Origin: Alphaproteobacteria bacterium
GTDB taxonomy: Bacteria > Pseudomonadota > Alphaproteobacteria > Rs-D84
NCBI GenBank assembly: GCA_017450905.1
Contig: JAFSST010000045.1
Span: 1 to 33,269, forward strand
Direction of reading: 5' to 3'
Length of the DNA: 33,269 bases
Positions 25,247 through 33,269 of the stretch are shown in pieces. The notes beneath the pieces are model-generated. The model made no database searches. It saw nothing but the letters and a program-made list of their open reading frames with translations, and was not told the DNA's origin. The position numbers and the translations under genes were made by a program. The stretch's first letter is position 1. Each line of letters starts with the position of its first letter.

Positions 25247-26713
25247 TTATTTCCCCATTATTTTTGTTGGTCTGTTATCTATGTTGGCAAATTGTTCAAT
25301 GTGTTTTGCCAATTGCAATACGCACACATCATCAAACATTTTTCCAACAACCTGCATCCCCAATGGCAGGTTATTAGATGCCAATCCACATGGAACAGAT
25401 ACCGCCGGAATGCCCGCCAAATTCATCGCAACGGTGAATAAATCCAATGCGTAGTATTCAAGTGGTGTTAAATCAGAATCCAACGGTAATGCGGTATTCG
25501 CACCCGATGGACAAACAATTAAATCACACTGTTCAAATGCACGATTAAAACTGTCTGCTATCATACGGCGGACACGTGCGGCCTGCATAAAATAGACTTC
25601 GTATGACGAACTGGACAACACGGCCGTTCCGATAAGCATACGGCGTTTAACTTCGTCACCAAAACCCGCGGCACGTGTTTTCTTGAACGTGTCATAAATA
25701 TCTTTACCTTCCACACGCAGCCCATAACGCACCCCGTCATATCGTGCCAGGTTAGATGATGCCTCGGCCGGGGCGATAACATAATATGCCGCCAGTGCAT
25801 CCAATATGTTTGGTATAGAAACCTCAACAACTTCTGCACCCAATGATTTCAAATCTGCAACACGTTTTTCAAACAGGTTTTTCATATCGTCTGAAACTTT
25901 GACATCTGCAAATTCTTTGATAATACCAATACGTAATTTTTTCCCATCACCCAATATAGGTTTTAACGGCACAGAAATTTCCGTTTTGACATTTGCACTT
26001 GTTGAATCCTTGGGGTCATGACCCGCCATCACAGATAACAATAACGCCGCATCATCAACCGTGCGTGCAATTGGACCCGGTGTATCCAATGACGATGCAA
26101 ATGCAACGCATCCCCAACGTGAACACAAACCGTATGTCGGTTTTACACCAACAAGGCCGGTAATAGAACACGGAAAACGAATTGAACCACCGGTATCTGT
26201 TCCGGTTCCGCCCATCGCCAAACCGCCAGCAACCGCGGATGTCGTTCCGCCCGATGACCCACCAGCGTTTAATCTGCGTTCCATTTGCCACGGGCTGATT
26301 GGTGCACCAAAGTAAGATGTTTTACTAAAAGTCCCCATGGCAAATTCGTCCAGATTTGATTTACCCAACAAAACCGTCCCCGCATCAATGAAGTTTTGTG
26401 ATACAGTCGATTCGTATTGGGGAACAAAGTTTTCCAATATATGTGATGCCGCCGTTGTGCGAATGCCCTTTGTCGCAAACAAATCCTTCATCGCAATAGG
26501 AATACCGTCCAATGCACGCGGTGTTCCGTTTTTAATGCGTTCATCTGCGGCGGCCGCATCCGATAATGCACGTTCTGGTGTCAATGTAATAAAGCAATTT
26601 AATTCCTTGCCATATTTTTCAATACGGTCCAAATGTGCACGTGTGAGTTCGGTCGCAGATATTTCGCCCGATTTCAACTTTTGTAATGCTTCGGTAATTG
26701 TTAAATCTATCAT
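25247..26713 (-). CDS. gatA: Asp/Glu-tRNA amidotransferase subunit A
   Basis: GIPIAMKD, GKSNLDEFAMG, GGSSGG, GTDTGGSIR, EASSNLARYDG.RYG. Confidence 0.96.
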   Translation of the reverse strand: MIDLTITEALQKLKSGEISATELTRAHLDRIEKYGKELNCFITLTPERALSDAAAADERIKNGTPRALDGIPIAMKDLFATKGIRTTAASHILENFVPQYESTVSQNFIDAGTVLLGKSNLDEFAMGTFSKTSYFGAPISPWQMERRLNAGGSSGGTTSAVAGGLAMGGTGTDTGGSIRFPCSITGLVGVKPTYGLCSRWGCVAFASSLDTPGPIARTVDDAALLLSVMAGHDPKDSTSANVKTEISVPLKPILGDGKKLRIGIIKEFADVKVSDDMKNLFEKRVADLKSLGAEVVEVSIPNILDALAAYYVIAPAEASSNLARYDGVRYGLRVEGKDIYDTFKKTRAAGFGDEVKRRMLIGTAVLSSSSYEVYFMQAARVRRMIADSFNRAFEQCDLIVCPSGANTALPLDSDLTPLEYYALDLFTVAMNLAGIPAVSVPCGLASNNLPLGMQVVGKMFDDVCVLQLAKHIEQFANIDNRPTKIMGK

Positions 26714-26720
26714 AATGTAA

Positions 26721-27104
26721 TCACTTTTTAGTTACGTTTAGCTTGTTTTTTCTTAATTGTTGTATTTGTTTTTCGCAAATTTTCTTTTCCATTTCCAATG
26801 CAGCGATAGTATTTCTGTAATTAGAAATTTTTTTGGATATGTCCGCGTGCATTTCACGTAATACGGTTTCGTCATTTATTGCATCAATAATGTCTGGTTG
26901 ATGGTTTATTTGATAAATTTTATTCATGATTTCCAGATATTTGGTTTTACCCACATTTCTGTATTTCATCAAATTACCTTTATTCACAACATCAATTAAT
27001 TGTTGCAGTGTTTCGATACCACCCTGTAATAATGCGTTTGTTGCGCCGGTACTTAACCCCAAATCTTTAACCAATACAGAATTGTTGTCTTTTTTGTTTT
27101 CCAT
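26721..27104 (-). CDS. Stand-alone RNA polymerase alpha-CTD-like domain protein with a C-terminal coiled coil
   Basis: V.DLGLST.A.NAL...GI.TL.QL.......L...RNVGK....EI matches the RpoA C-terminal (HhH) pattern; AT-rich. Confidence 0.7.
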   Translation of the reverse strand: MENKKDNNSVLVKDLGLSTGATNALLQGGIETLQQLIDVVNKGNLMKYRNVGKTKYLEIMNKIYQINHQPDIIDAINDETVLREMHADISKKISNYRNTIAALEMEKKICEKQIQQLRKNKLNVTKK

Positions 27105-27106
27105 GA

Positions 27107-27403
27107 TTAATCGCCCTCCATAACTTTTGGGACCGCGAAATATCCACGTGATACGCCGGCCTTGTCTGGGGAGTTTGCGAGTATCGCATCACGAATACCG
27201 CCATCAGTAACAACGTCCGCCCGCAAGGGCAGGTTATGTTCAGCCGGGCTTAACATTGGTTCAACACCGGTTGTATCAATTTTTTGTAATTTATCCAACC
27301 ATTCCACAACAGAATCAATGTTCATTTGTTCCAACTTTTCATCTGGAATTTCAATTTGTATTAAATCCGCGAATTTGCGTAATTGTTGCTTGCTAAATGC
27401 CAT
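27107..27403 (-). CDS. gatC: Asp/Glu-tRNA amidotransferase subunit C
   Basis: L..IDT.GVEPM, LRAD.V, .L.N.P....GYF.VPKV.E. Confidence 0.92.
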   Translation of the reverse strand: MAFSKQQLRKFADLIQIEIPDEKLEQMNIDSVVEWLDKLQKIDTTGVEPMLSPAEHNLPLRADVVTDGGIRDAILANSPDKAGVSRGYFAVPKVMEGD

Positions 27404-27441
27404 TTCTAATCCTATTATTTTAAACAAAGGGAATTATAACG

Positions 27442-27894
27442 ATGATTTTACCAAATTTCAAGGTTTTTACGCCACAGGGGCGATTATTAGGACTGGATTG
27501 GGGGGCGTGCAGAACAGGTGTGGCGGTGTCGGATACATCGGGTGATTTTGTATTTGCTCGTCCACCGATTGTAACGGCGGCAAACGATACAGATGCGTTG
27601 GTGAACAGCGTTGTTGAAATAATTGCCGGTGAAAACATATCCGGGATAGTTATTGGGTTGCCATTGCGAACAGATGGAACAGAATCAGAAACGACCGCGG
27701 CTGTTCGTAATTTTGCAAATACGTTGGCGACACGAACAGAAATCCCGATTGTTTTTATTGACGAGACGTTGTCCAGTATGTCCGCCCAGGAACAAATGGG
27801 CCGTATTCGCGTGCATGATATCAAAGAAAAATTGGATTCCAATGCCGCCCGCGTGATTTTAGAAAACGCAATCGCAATGATGAGACGCGGTTAG
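27442..27894 (+). CDS. ruvX: Pre-16S rRNA nuclease / Holliday-junction-resolvase-like RuvX (YqgF)
   Basis: LGLDWG...TGVAVSD, IVIGLP...DGTE, DETLSS, D..AA.VIL. Confidence 0.92.
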   Translation: MILPNFKVFTPQGRLLGLDWGACRTGVAVSDTSGDFVFARPPIVTAANDTDALVNSVVEIIAGENISGIVIGLPLRTDGTESETTAAVRNFANTLATRTEIPIVFIDETLSSMSAQEQMGRIRVHDIKEKLDSNAARVILENAIAMMRRG

Positions 27895-27940
27895 TGGGGG
27901 GTGTAGTTTTCCTCTGGCCAGAGGGGGAAATCGCGTAGGC

Positions 27941-27968
27941 GGACCAACCCACCAACCACAAACCACTA
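27941..27968 (-). repeat. Degenerate heptamer tandem repeat
   Basis: Minus strand TAGTGGT TTGTGGT TGGTGGG TTGGTCC, starting at the AI-2E stop; first 15 nt identical to 7693-7707. Confidence 0.6.
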
Positions 27969-28997
27969 ATCTTCTTCTTTATCTGGGATTTTGCCGTCTG
28001 CGGACAACAGTATCGCAATCCAGCGAGTTGAATCAAACTGGGCGGTAATGATAAACGTTGCCACCAACAACGGAACGCTGAAAAACATACCGGCAACGCC
28101 CCACAATAATCCCCAAAATACCAGGTTTATCAGGATTGCCAGCGTTGACAGGTTTAATGTTTTTCCGGTTAATTTTGGTTCCAATATATTGCCAAAAATA
28201 ATTTGTAATCCAATCAATCCCATGGAAATTAAAATTGGTTCGTTGATGCTGGTGCTGGTTACCAATGAAAACACTATCGGTAAAGCACAACTGACAATTG
28301 CACCAATTGTCGGAATGTAACTGAGTATGAATATGCCGAACGCCCAAACGCCCGCAAATTCCAACCCCAGCATATACATCCATAAATAAGAAACAATCCC
28401 AGTTATACCCGAAACCAATGTTTTCATAAATAAATACTTTTTCATATTTTCATCGATACTGGCCAATATGTAACGCATTTTCTTGCTCTGATTTTTATTT
28501 GGAAATAATGCAGAAAATTTTTTATTAAAAGTGCTTTGTTCGATAAACATAAACAATATATACACCAAAACCATACCCATCGATGTCGCAATTTTCGCCA
28601 CCGATGAACCGATGTTCGTAATAATAGAATTTATGCTGGGTAATGTATCAATTGTCAAATTGAACCCAAGTTGTGTTGATATGTAATGCCACAATGAATC
28701 AAGATTGGATTGTATCTCGGGCATAACAATCAATAATTCCGAAAACATTGGTCGAACACGTGTAGCGAATAAATATATCAATCCACAAAATGTTCCAATT
28801 GCCAGAATTTTAGATATTGCATTAAACAAAATCGACAACCATCTGGAATGTTCGGCACCTGGTAACAATTTACGATAATATGTCGCGATAGCGTTTATCA
28901 AATACCAAATAAAAGTCGCAACCAACAATGGGATGAAAATTGAACTGCCCAGCCATAAAACAAAAACCAGTCCAGCAAATAAAATTAATCCGTTCAT
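27966..28997 (-). CDS. AI-2E family transporter
   Basis: Multi-TM; LSYIPTIG, GNILEPKL.G..LNLS, FWG.LWG..GMF.SVPL. Confidence 0.9.
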   Translation of the reverse strand: MNGLILFAGLVFVLWLGSSIFIPLLVATFIWYLINAIATYYRKLLPGAEHSRWLSILFNAISKILAIGTFCGLIYLFATRVRPMFSELLIVMPEIQSNLDSLWHYISTQLGFNLTIDTLPSINSIITNIGSSVAKIATSMGMVLVYILFMFIEQSTFNKKFSALFPNKNQSKKMRYILASIDENMKKYLFMKTLVSGITGIVSYLWMYMLGLEFAGVWAFGIFILSYIPTIGAIVSCALPIVFSLVTSTSINEPILISMGLIGLQIIFGNILEPKLTGKTLNLSTLAILINLVFWGLLWGVAGMFFSVPLLVATFIITAQFDSTRWIAILLSADGKIPDKEED

Positions 28998-29024
28998 ATT
29001 GCAATACCTTTTGTTACATCACAA

Positions 29025-29705
29025 TCATTTTATCATAATTTTGCCATTTGATAAAGTCGTTGTGTGGGTTGGTCCAACACTTTGTGTAAACGTTGGTTGG
29101 TGGCTGATAAAAATAAATGTTGTATCCGGCATAGATTTTATTGTGTCGGCAATTTGTTTTTGGACCGTTGCATCCGCCCCAGAATCGGGTTCATCCAATA
29201 TGGCCAATTTTGGTTGGGTCAATACCAACCGTAACAACATTAAACGTTTACGTTCGCCACCGGAAAAGCCGACATTTACACACCGGTTTAACCAGTCTTT
29301 TGGTATGTCCAATTGTGTTCGTGCATTTTCCAATTGTTCTAAAAACTGTCCCATTGGCAAATCTTTACCTGTTTGAAAATGATGATGCGCCGCCAATGAG
29401 TGTTTCAGGAAACTGATAATTGTCAGGCCCGGAATTTCCGGAACGTTTTGTGTGCCGACAAATATCCCCATCAAAGAACGCGTTGTTGCGTTTTCATTTG
29501 TTATATCACGTCCATCAAAAATTATTTTCCCAGAATCGATTGTATACGTTGGATTTCCGGCAATTGTTCCAACCAGTGTTGATTTTCCACACCCATTATG
29601 TCCTGATAATAAATGTCGTGCACCCGTTTCCACAGATATGTTTATATCATCAAGCAATTTTTTGCCGTCCAATGAAACAGAAAGATTTTTTATTTCCAAC
29701 ATCAT
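29025..29705 (-). CDS. sufC: Fe-S cluster assembly ATPase SufC
   Basis: GHNGCGKSTL...IAG.P.Y, Q...EIPG, R.VNVGFSGGERKR, ILDEPDSG.D. Confidence 0.9.
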   Translation of the reverse strand: MMLEIKNLSVSLDGKKLLDDINISVETGARHLLSGHNGCGKSTLVGTIAGNPTYTIDSGKIIFDGRDITNENATTRSLMGIFVGTQNVPEIPGLTIISFLKHSLAAHHHFQTGKDLPMGQFLEQLENARTQLDIPKDWLNRCVNVGFSGGERKRLMLLRLVLTQPKLAILDEPDSGADATVQKQIADTIKSMPDTTFIFISHQPTFTQSVGPTHTTTLSNGKIMIK

Positions 29706-29709
29706 CTTA

Positions 29710-31050
29710 TTATCCTTTGTCTGATGCTAATGCCATTTCTATTAATTGTTTTGATTCAACCAAAAATTCCATTGGTAATCGTGATAAAATTGGTGTCGCC
29801 ATCGAACCGATAATCAACGCAGTTGCCGCATCAACATCCAATCCAGATTGGGTTAGATATAACAATTGTTCCGCATCAATGGCACCTGTTGTGGCCTCGT
29901 GCGTTTGGATGTTTTCGGCATCGTTGTAAACTATATTCGGCAAAGCGTTTGCGGTTGCTTTATTTCCGATAAGACGAGTGTCGCATTTCGAAACGTTTTT
30001 CGAATTTTTCCCACTGAAACTGACCAAACTGCGAAATGTTTGATGCGACCAATCCAATGCGACACCATACGATAAAATGTTCGATTTAGTGTCGTTCCCT
30101 ATGTGTAACATTTTTGTCCCTGTGTCGCTTTGTTGGCCATCACGCGTGATGGTTAACGAATAAAAATCACTGGCCGAACCATCGCCAAAAAGTATCGTTG
30201 ATGGATATTTCCATGTCATGGCGGAACCGATTTCCATCTGGGTCCAATCAAGACGGGCATTTTTATAACATTTGCCACGTTTAGTTACAAAATTTAATAT
30301 GCCACTTTCGTTATATTTGCCTGGCTTTTTTGGTTTTCCTGCAAACCAATTTTGCACGGTTGCATATTTGACATACGCATCATCGTTTACAATGATTTCT
30401 ACAACACCGCTGTGTAATTGATGATTCGGGCGGCGTGGAGCACTGCAACCCTCCATATAACTGAGTTCTGAACCGGTATCGGCAATAATCAATGTTCGTT
30501 CAAATTGTCCGATTTTTGCGGTTTCTATTCTGAAATAACTTGCCAAATCAATGGGGCATTTTACGTGTGGCGGGATATACACGAACGTTCCATCGGAAAA
30601 CACCGCCGCATTTAATGCCGCAAAAAAGTTATCGGCTGCCGGAACAACCGTCCCAAGATATTTTTGAACCAGTTCTGGATATTGCTTTACCGCATCTGAA
30701 AAAGGCAAAAATATAATGCCGTGTTTGGCTAATTCCGCCGTATACGATGTGTGAACGGACGAACTGTCGATGACGGTGTCTGTTGCCATCCCCAGCAGTG
30801 CACGTTGCTCGTCAGATGATAATCCCATTTTGTCATACGTTGCCTTTAAATCGCTGTTATCAATTGGGGATTGTTCGTTATAGTAATTTAGTCCATCGTA
30901 ATTTATCGGTTGGTAATCAATTTCTGCCCAATGTGGTTCAGACATTTTTTGCCAGCATTTGAACGCGTTCAACCGCCAATCAAGCAACCATTTGGGTTCG
31001 TCCCGTAATTTGGATATTTTACGAACAAGATTTTCGTTTAATACTGTCAT
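29710..31050 (-). CDS. sufB: Fe-S cluster assembly protein SufB
   Basis: EP.WLL.WRL.AF, DNFFAALNAAVFSDGTFVY, GQFERTLI, YMEGCSAP, NFVTKRG, GSA.TWKYPS, DTGTKM.H, CD, HEAT. Confidence 0.94.
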   Translation of the reverse strand: MTVLNENLVRKISKLRDEPKWLLDWRLNAFKCWQKMSEPHWAEIDYQPINYDGLNYYNEQSPIDNSDLKATYDKMGLSSDEQRALLGMATDTVIDSSSVHTSYTAELAKHGIIFLPFSDAVKQYPELVQKYLGTVVPAADNFFAALNAAVFSDGTFVYIPPHVKCPIDLASYFRIETAKIGQFERTLIIADTGSELSYMEGCSAPRRPNHQLHSGVVEIIVNDDAYVKYATVQNWFAGKPKKPGKYNESGILNFVTKRGKCYKNARLDWTQMEIGSAMTWKYPSTILFGDGSASDFYSLTITRDGQQSDTGTKMLHIGNDTKSNILSYGVALDWSHQTFRSLVSFSGKNSKNVSKCDTRLIGNKATANALPNIVYNDAENIQTHEATTGAIDAEQLLYLTQSGLDVDAATALIIGSMATPILSRLPMEFLVESKQLIEMALASDKG

Positions 31051-31598
31051 TTATTTTCGTCATCTTTTTTCGCCAGTTGATAAGCCTGGGTAAAAAACGT
31101 AAGCGATTGTCCAAGCAGACCGTTTAAAAATGTTGATGCCAGAATACCGTTTGGTTCGGTTGCGTTCATGTGTTGTAATAAATTATCGGCACGATTCATA
31201 TAATTCGATACGTTGCGATTGATTTCAGAATCCAGTTTTATCGCACGCCGTAATTTTTCCATAACAAATGGGTTTTTTGCATATTCATCTAATAATCCAC
31301 CCAATGCCCGCCACAGCGGATGTTCCGAAGTGTTGCGTGGCATAATATCCAATGCCGCCAGTATCGGAATAAGGTTTTGTAACAAATCTTGGTAAATTAT
31401 CTCGGCGTGTTCGGCAACGGCGTTTGTCGCAGATTTGTTTTTTAATGTGTTTTGCATTTTAATAATCAGGTTATATTGATAAGTCAAATTTTGTTCGATT
31501 TTATCAGATTGCTTTTTTTGTTTTGCTATAAAAAACAGTTCAATCAATGTAATAATTAAAATTATCAGTATTCCAATTAAACCCATTGTATAAAACAT
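31047..31598 (-). CDS. Hypothetical protein with an N-terminal membrane anchor
   Basis: SD AAAAGGA, hydrophobic N-terminal helix, helical remainder; ATGA overlap with sufB. Confidence 0.7.
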   Translation of the reverse strand: MFYTMGLIGILIILIITLIELFFIAKQKKQSDKIEQNLTYQYNLIIKMQNTLKNKSATNAVAEHAEIIYQDLLQNLIPILAALDIMPRNTSEHPLWRALGGLLDEYAKNPFVMEKLRRAIKLDSEINRNVSNYMNRADNLLQHMNATEPNGILASTFLNGLLGQSLTFFTQAYQLAKKDDENK

Positions 31599-31710
31599 AA
31601 TACCCGTCCTTTTGCTTGTTAGTCACAACAGTATAGCATCTTTTATCGATTCGTGCGATTTTATCTTGGCAATTTTTTTAGTAATCAAATAAAACCAGTG
31701 TTTTTTGGTC

Positions 31711-31739
31711 TTGCACAGATTCGGTCGAATTGTTATAAT
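31711..31739 (+). promoter_or_regulatory. Strong sigma70 promoter of the pilus-like locus
   Basis: TTGCAC-N17-TATAAT with extended -10 TG. Confidence 0.65.
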
Positions 31740-31778
31740 GACCAATATAAGATGGATTTTATTAGGAAAGGAAGACCT

Positions 31779-32816
31779 ATGTTTCGCAAGATTTTTATCG
31801 CCGCAATGGTTGCAACCGCCGCTGGTTATTGCTTTGCGGCCACTGATATCCCCCAGGTTGTCACGTCCGAGGTTTTTTACACCGAAGATAAAACAGTTAA
31901 CGAGGTTACCAACGAACAGCAGGATAATGTTGTAAATTATGACGAAGGTTCCTATGCACCGGTTCCGGCATGGCCGCTGGCGGGGTCGGATGCCGATGTT
32001 GTTGTTTCGTGTGGGGCGGGTGCGTGCGTCAAAAAATCCCAGGCACAGCAAGAATCCCAGGACAATGGAAACATTAAAATTGTTTCTAAAATCGGTGCAG
32101 ATATGTATGTTGAAAATAATTTCAATTTCAGTGGACGTGCCGGGACTGGTTGGTCTGGTGGTGCCGATATGTTGCATGGAAATCAAATTCCTGTGGGGTT
32201 TGATGACGAATGTAATCGTGGGTCCGAAATGCCATTATTGCATCGCGAGGTTTTAGAAGATGATGGTGGTAATGTTTTGTCTGTTTCACGCAGTTCACGC
32301 CGTAATTGTACAAAATATGCCGACAGATATGATTCTTATCTGGCGAAAAATGGTTTGGTTGAAAAAACACCAAGTGGTGCAATTGTAACCGGGGGCGGTG
32401 TCATTGGGGCTGATGGTAATGCGTGTCCCGAAGGGATGGAACCTGCTGGTAACACATTTGTAACAAATGGTTTTGAAACAAATACGTTTGAAAACACCGA
32501 AATAACAGATATTGCGGTTGATTCCACCTCTGATGCAGAACCAGCGGCGGCATCAAAGGATGCTGTTCGTTCGTGGGTTGTTGCAAATGGCCAAACGTTA
32601 CGCCAGGTTTTACAATCATGGTGTGACAAGGAAGGATGGGATTTAGTTTGGGCGACATCGCGCGAATATCCTGTTCAGGCAAGTGCCGTATTCAAGGGGC
32701 GTTTTTTGGATGTTGCATCGGCGGTTGTTCGTAACTTTGGACGTGCAACGCCGGCACCGTATGCAAAGTTTTACAAAGGGAATCGTGTATTGGTTGTTTC
32801 GGCTTCGGAAGAATAA
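31779..32816 (+). CDS. Secreted protein with a C-terminal TcpQ domain (type IVb pilus PilL/TcpQ-like)
   Basis: SD AAAGGA, signal peptide; W....G.TLR.VL..W....GW.LVW....YP..A...F.G.F..............FY.GN.VLVV is the TcpQ-domain pattern. Confidence 0.8.
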   Translation: MFRKIFIAAMVATAAGYCFAATDIPQVVTSEVFYTEDKTVNEVTNEQQDNVVNYDEGSYAPVPAWPLAGSDADVVVSCGAGACVKKSQAQQESQDNGNIKIVSKIGADMYVENNFNFSGRAGTGWSGGADMLHGNQIPVGFDDECNRGSEMPLLHREVLEDDGGNVLSVSRSSRRNCTKYADRYDSYLAKNGLVEKTPSGAIVTGGGVIGADGNACPEGMEPAGNTFVTNGFETNTFENTEITDIAVDSTSDAEPAAASKDAVRSWVVANGQTLRQVLQSWCDKEGWDLVWATSREYPVQASAVFKGRFLDVASAVVRNFGRATPAPYAKFYKGNRVLVVSASEE

Positions 32817-32843
32817 AATTAAGTGTTTCGTAGGAGAACATAA

Positions 32844-33269
32844 ATGATAAAAATGTTAAAATTTTTTGCTGCGATGGTTTGTATGGTTGCGGTTTTTGGC
32901 TGTGCCCAGAAACAATCTGCCAAGGTGGCTGCATCGGTCGACCAAGATTTTATCAATGTGTACGATGCGTTTGAAATGGCAAAAAATCCCCGTGCCAAGG
33001 TGGACAGTAATGATACGGTTTCAATGTCCGAAGGTGTTTGGTTGGGGGATAAATCTACATTGTTTGAACACAAAAATAATTTGCCGGCCGAATACGAAAC
33101 AGACACCGGGGTTACTATTTTATTAAGTGAACCGGTTACATTACAGGTTTTGGCAAATAACATAAATTCTATTACGCGTATACCGGTTAAAATAGACAGC
33201 CAGGTTGCCCAGGAAAAATTGAAAAAAACAATAAACCTTGCATACACCGGAAAGTTATCGGGACTGTTA
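32844..33269 (+). CDS. Lipoprotein, probable type IVb pilus secretin (PilN/BfpB-like), 3'-truncated by the window edge
   Basis: SD TAGGAG; open to the window end: MIKMLKFFAAMVCMVAVFGC (lipobox)...VWLG...LP...ITRIPV...YTGKLSGLL; follows the TcpQ gene. Missing from the ORF track because it has no stop in the window. Confidence 0.65.
   Translation, partial: MIKMLKFFAAMVCMVAVFGCAQKQSAKVAASVDQDFINVYDAFEMAKNPRAKVDSNDTVSMSEGVWLGDKSTLFEHKNNLPAEYETDTGVTILLSEPVTLQVLANNINSITRIPVKIDSQVAQEKLKKTINLAYTGKLSGLL

Noticed and set aside
31653-31778. Upstream start for the TcpQ-domain gene
   Set aside because: It lies upstream of the promoter; ATG 31779 has an SD and begins a signal peptide.
32819-33247. 142-aa minus-strand ORF
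   Set aside because: It is the antisense shadow of the + strand lipoprotein ORF starting at 32844, which has an SD and lipobox.

Overview
A gene-dense chromosomal segment of a low-GC, probably genome-reduced alphaproteobacterium. The taxonomy is my inference from the gene families and the synteny (SPOR-tatA, tatB-tatC-nlpD, gatCAB divergent from ruvX, Zn-free DksA); it resembles gut Rs-D84/'Enterousia'-type MAGs. Most genes are housekeeping: trmB, gltX, thrS, dksA, trxA, sufS-sufT-sufE, ftsL-ftsI, recJ, nrnA, lolA, tatA/B/C, nlpD, miaB, gatCAB, ruvX, sufB-sufC, tRNA-Lys(CTT) and tRNA-Phe(GAA). The window ends at the start of a type IVb pilus-like locus (TcpQ/PilL-domain gene plus a PilN-like lipoprotein secretin). 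No integrase, transposase or CRISPR array is visible. The most notable unexplained signals are: (1) a ~170-nt highly structured RNA with alternative terminator/antiterminator pairing upstream of a DUF1796 gene; (2) a 20-codon Thr-rich leader peptide in front of thrS; (3) a 131-nt tRNA-like element ending in CCA, bounded by a 55-bp direct repeat, downstream of tRNA-Lys; (4) strand-oriented TAGTGGT-type heptamer repeats at or just after stop codons at five loci; (5) a stand-alone RNA polymerase alpha-CTD protein inside gatCA; (6) a ligand-less SodC-like lipoprotein; (7) two unannotated small ORFs. All protein identities come from motif recognition by eye; no searches were run.
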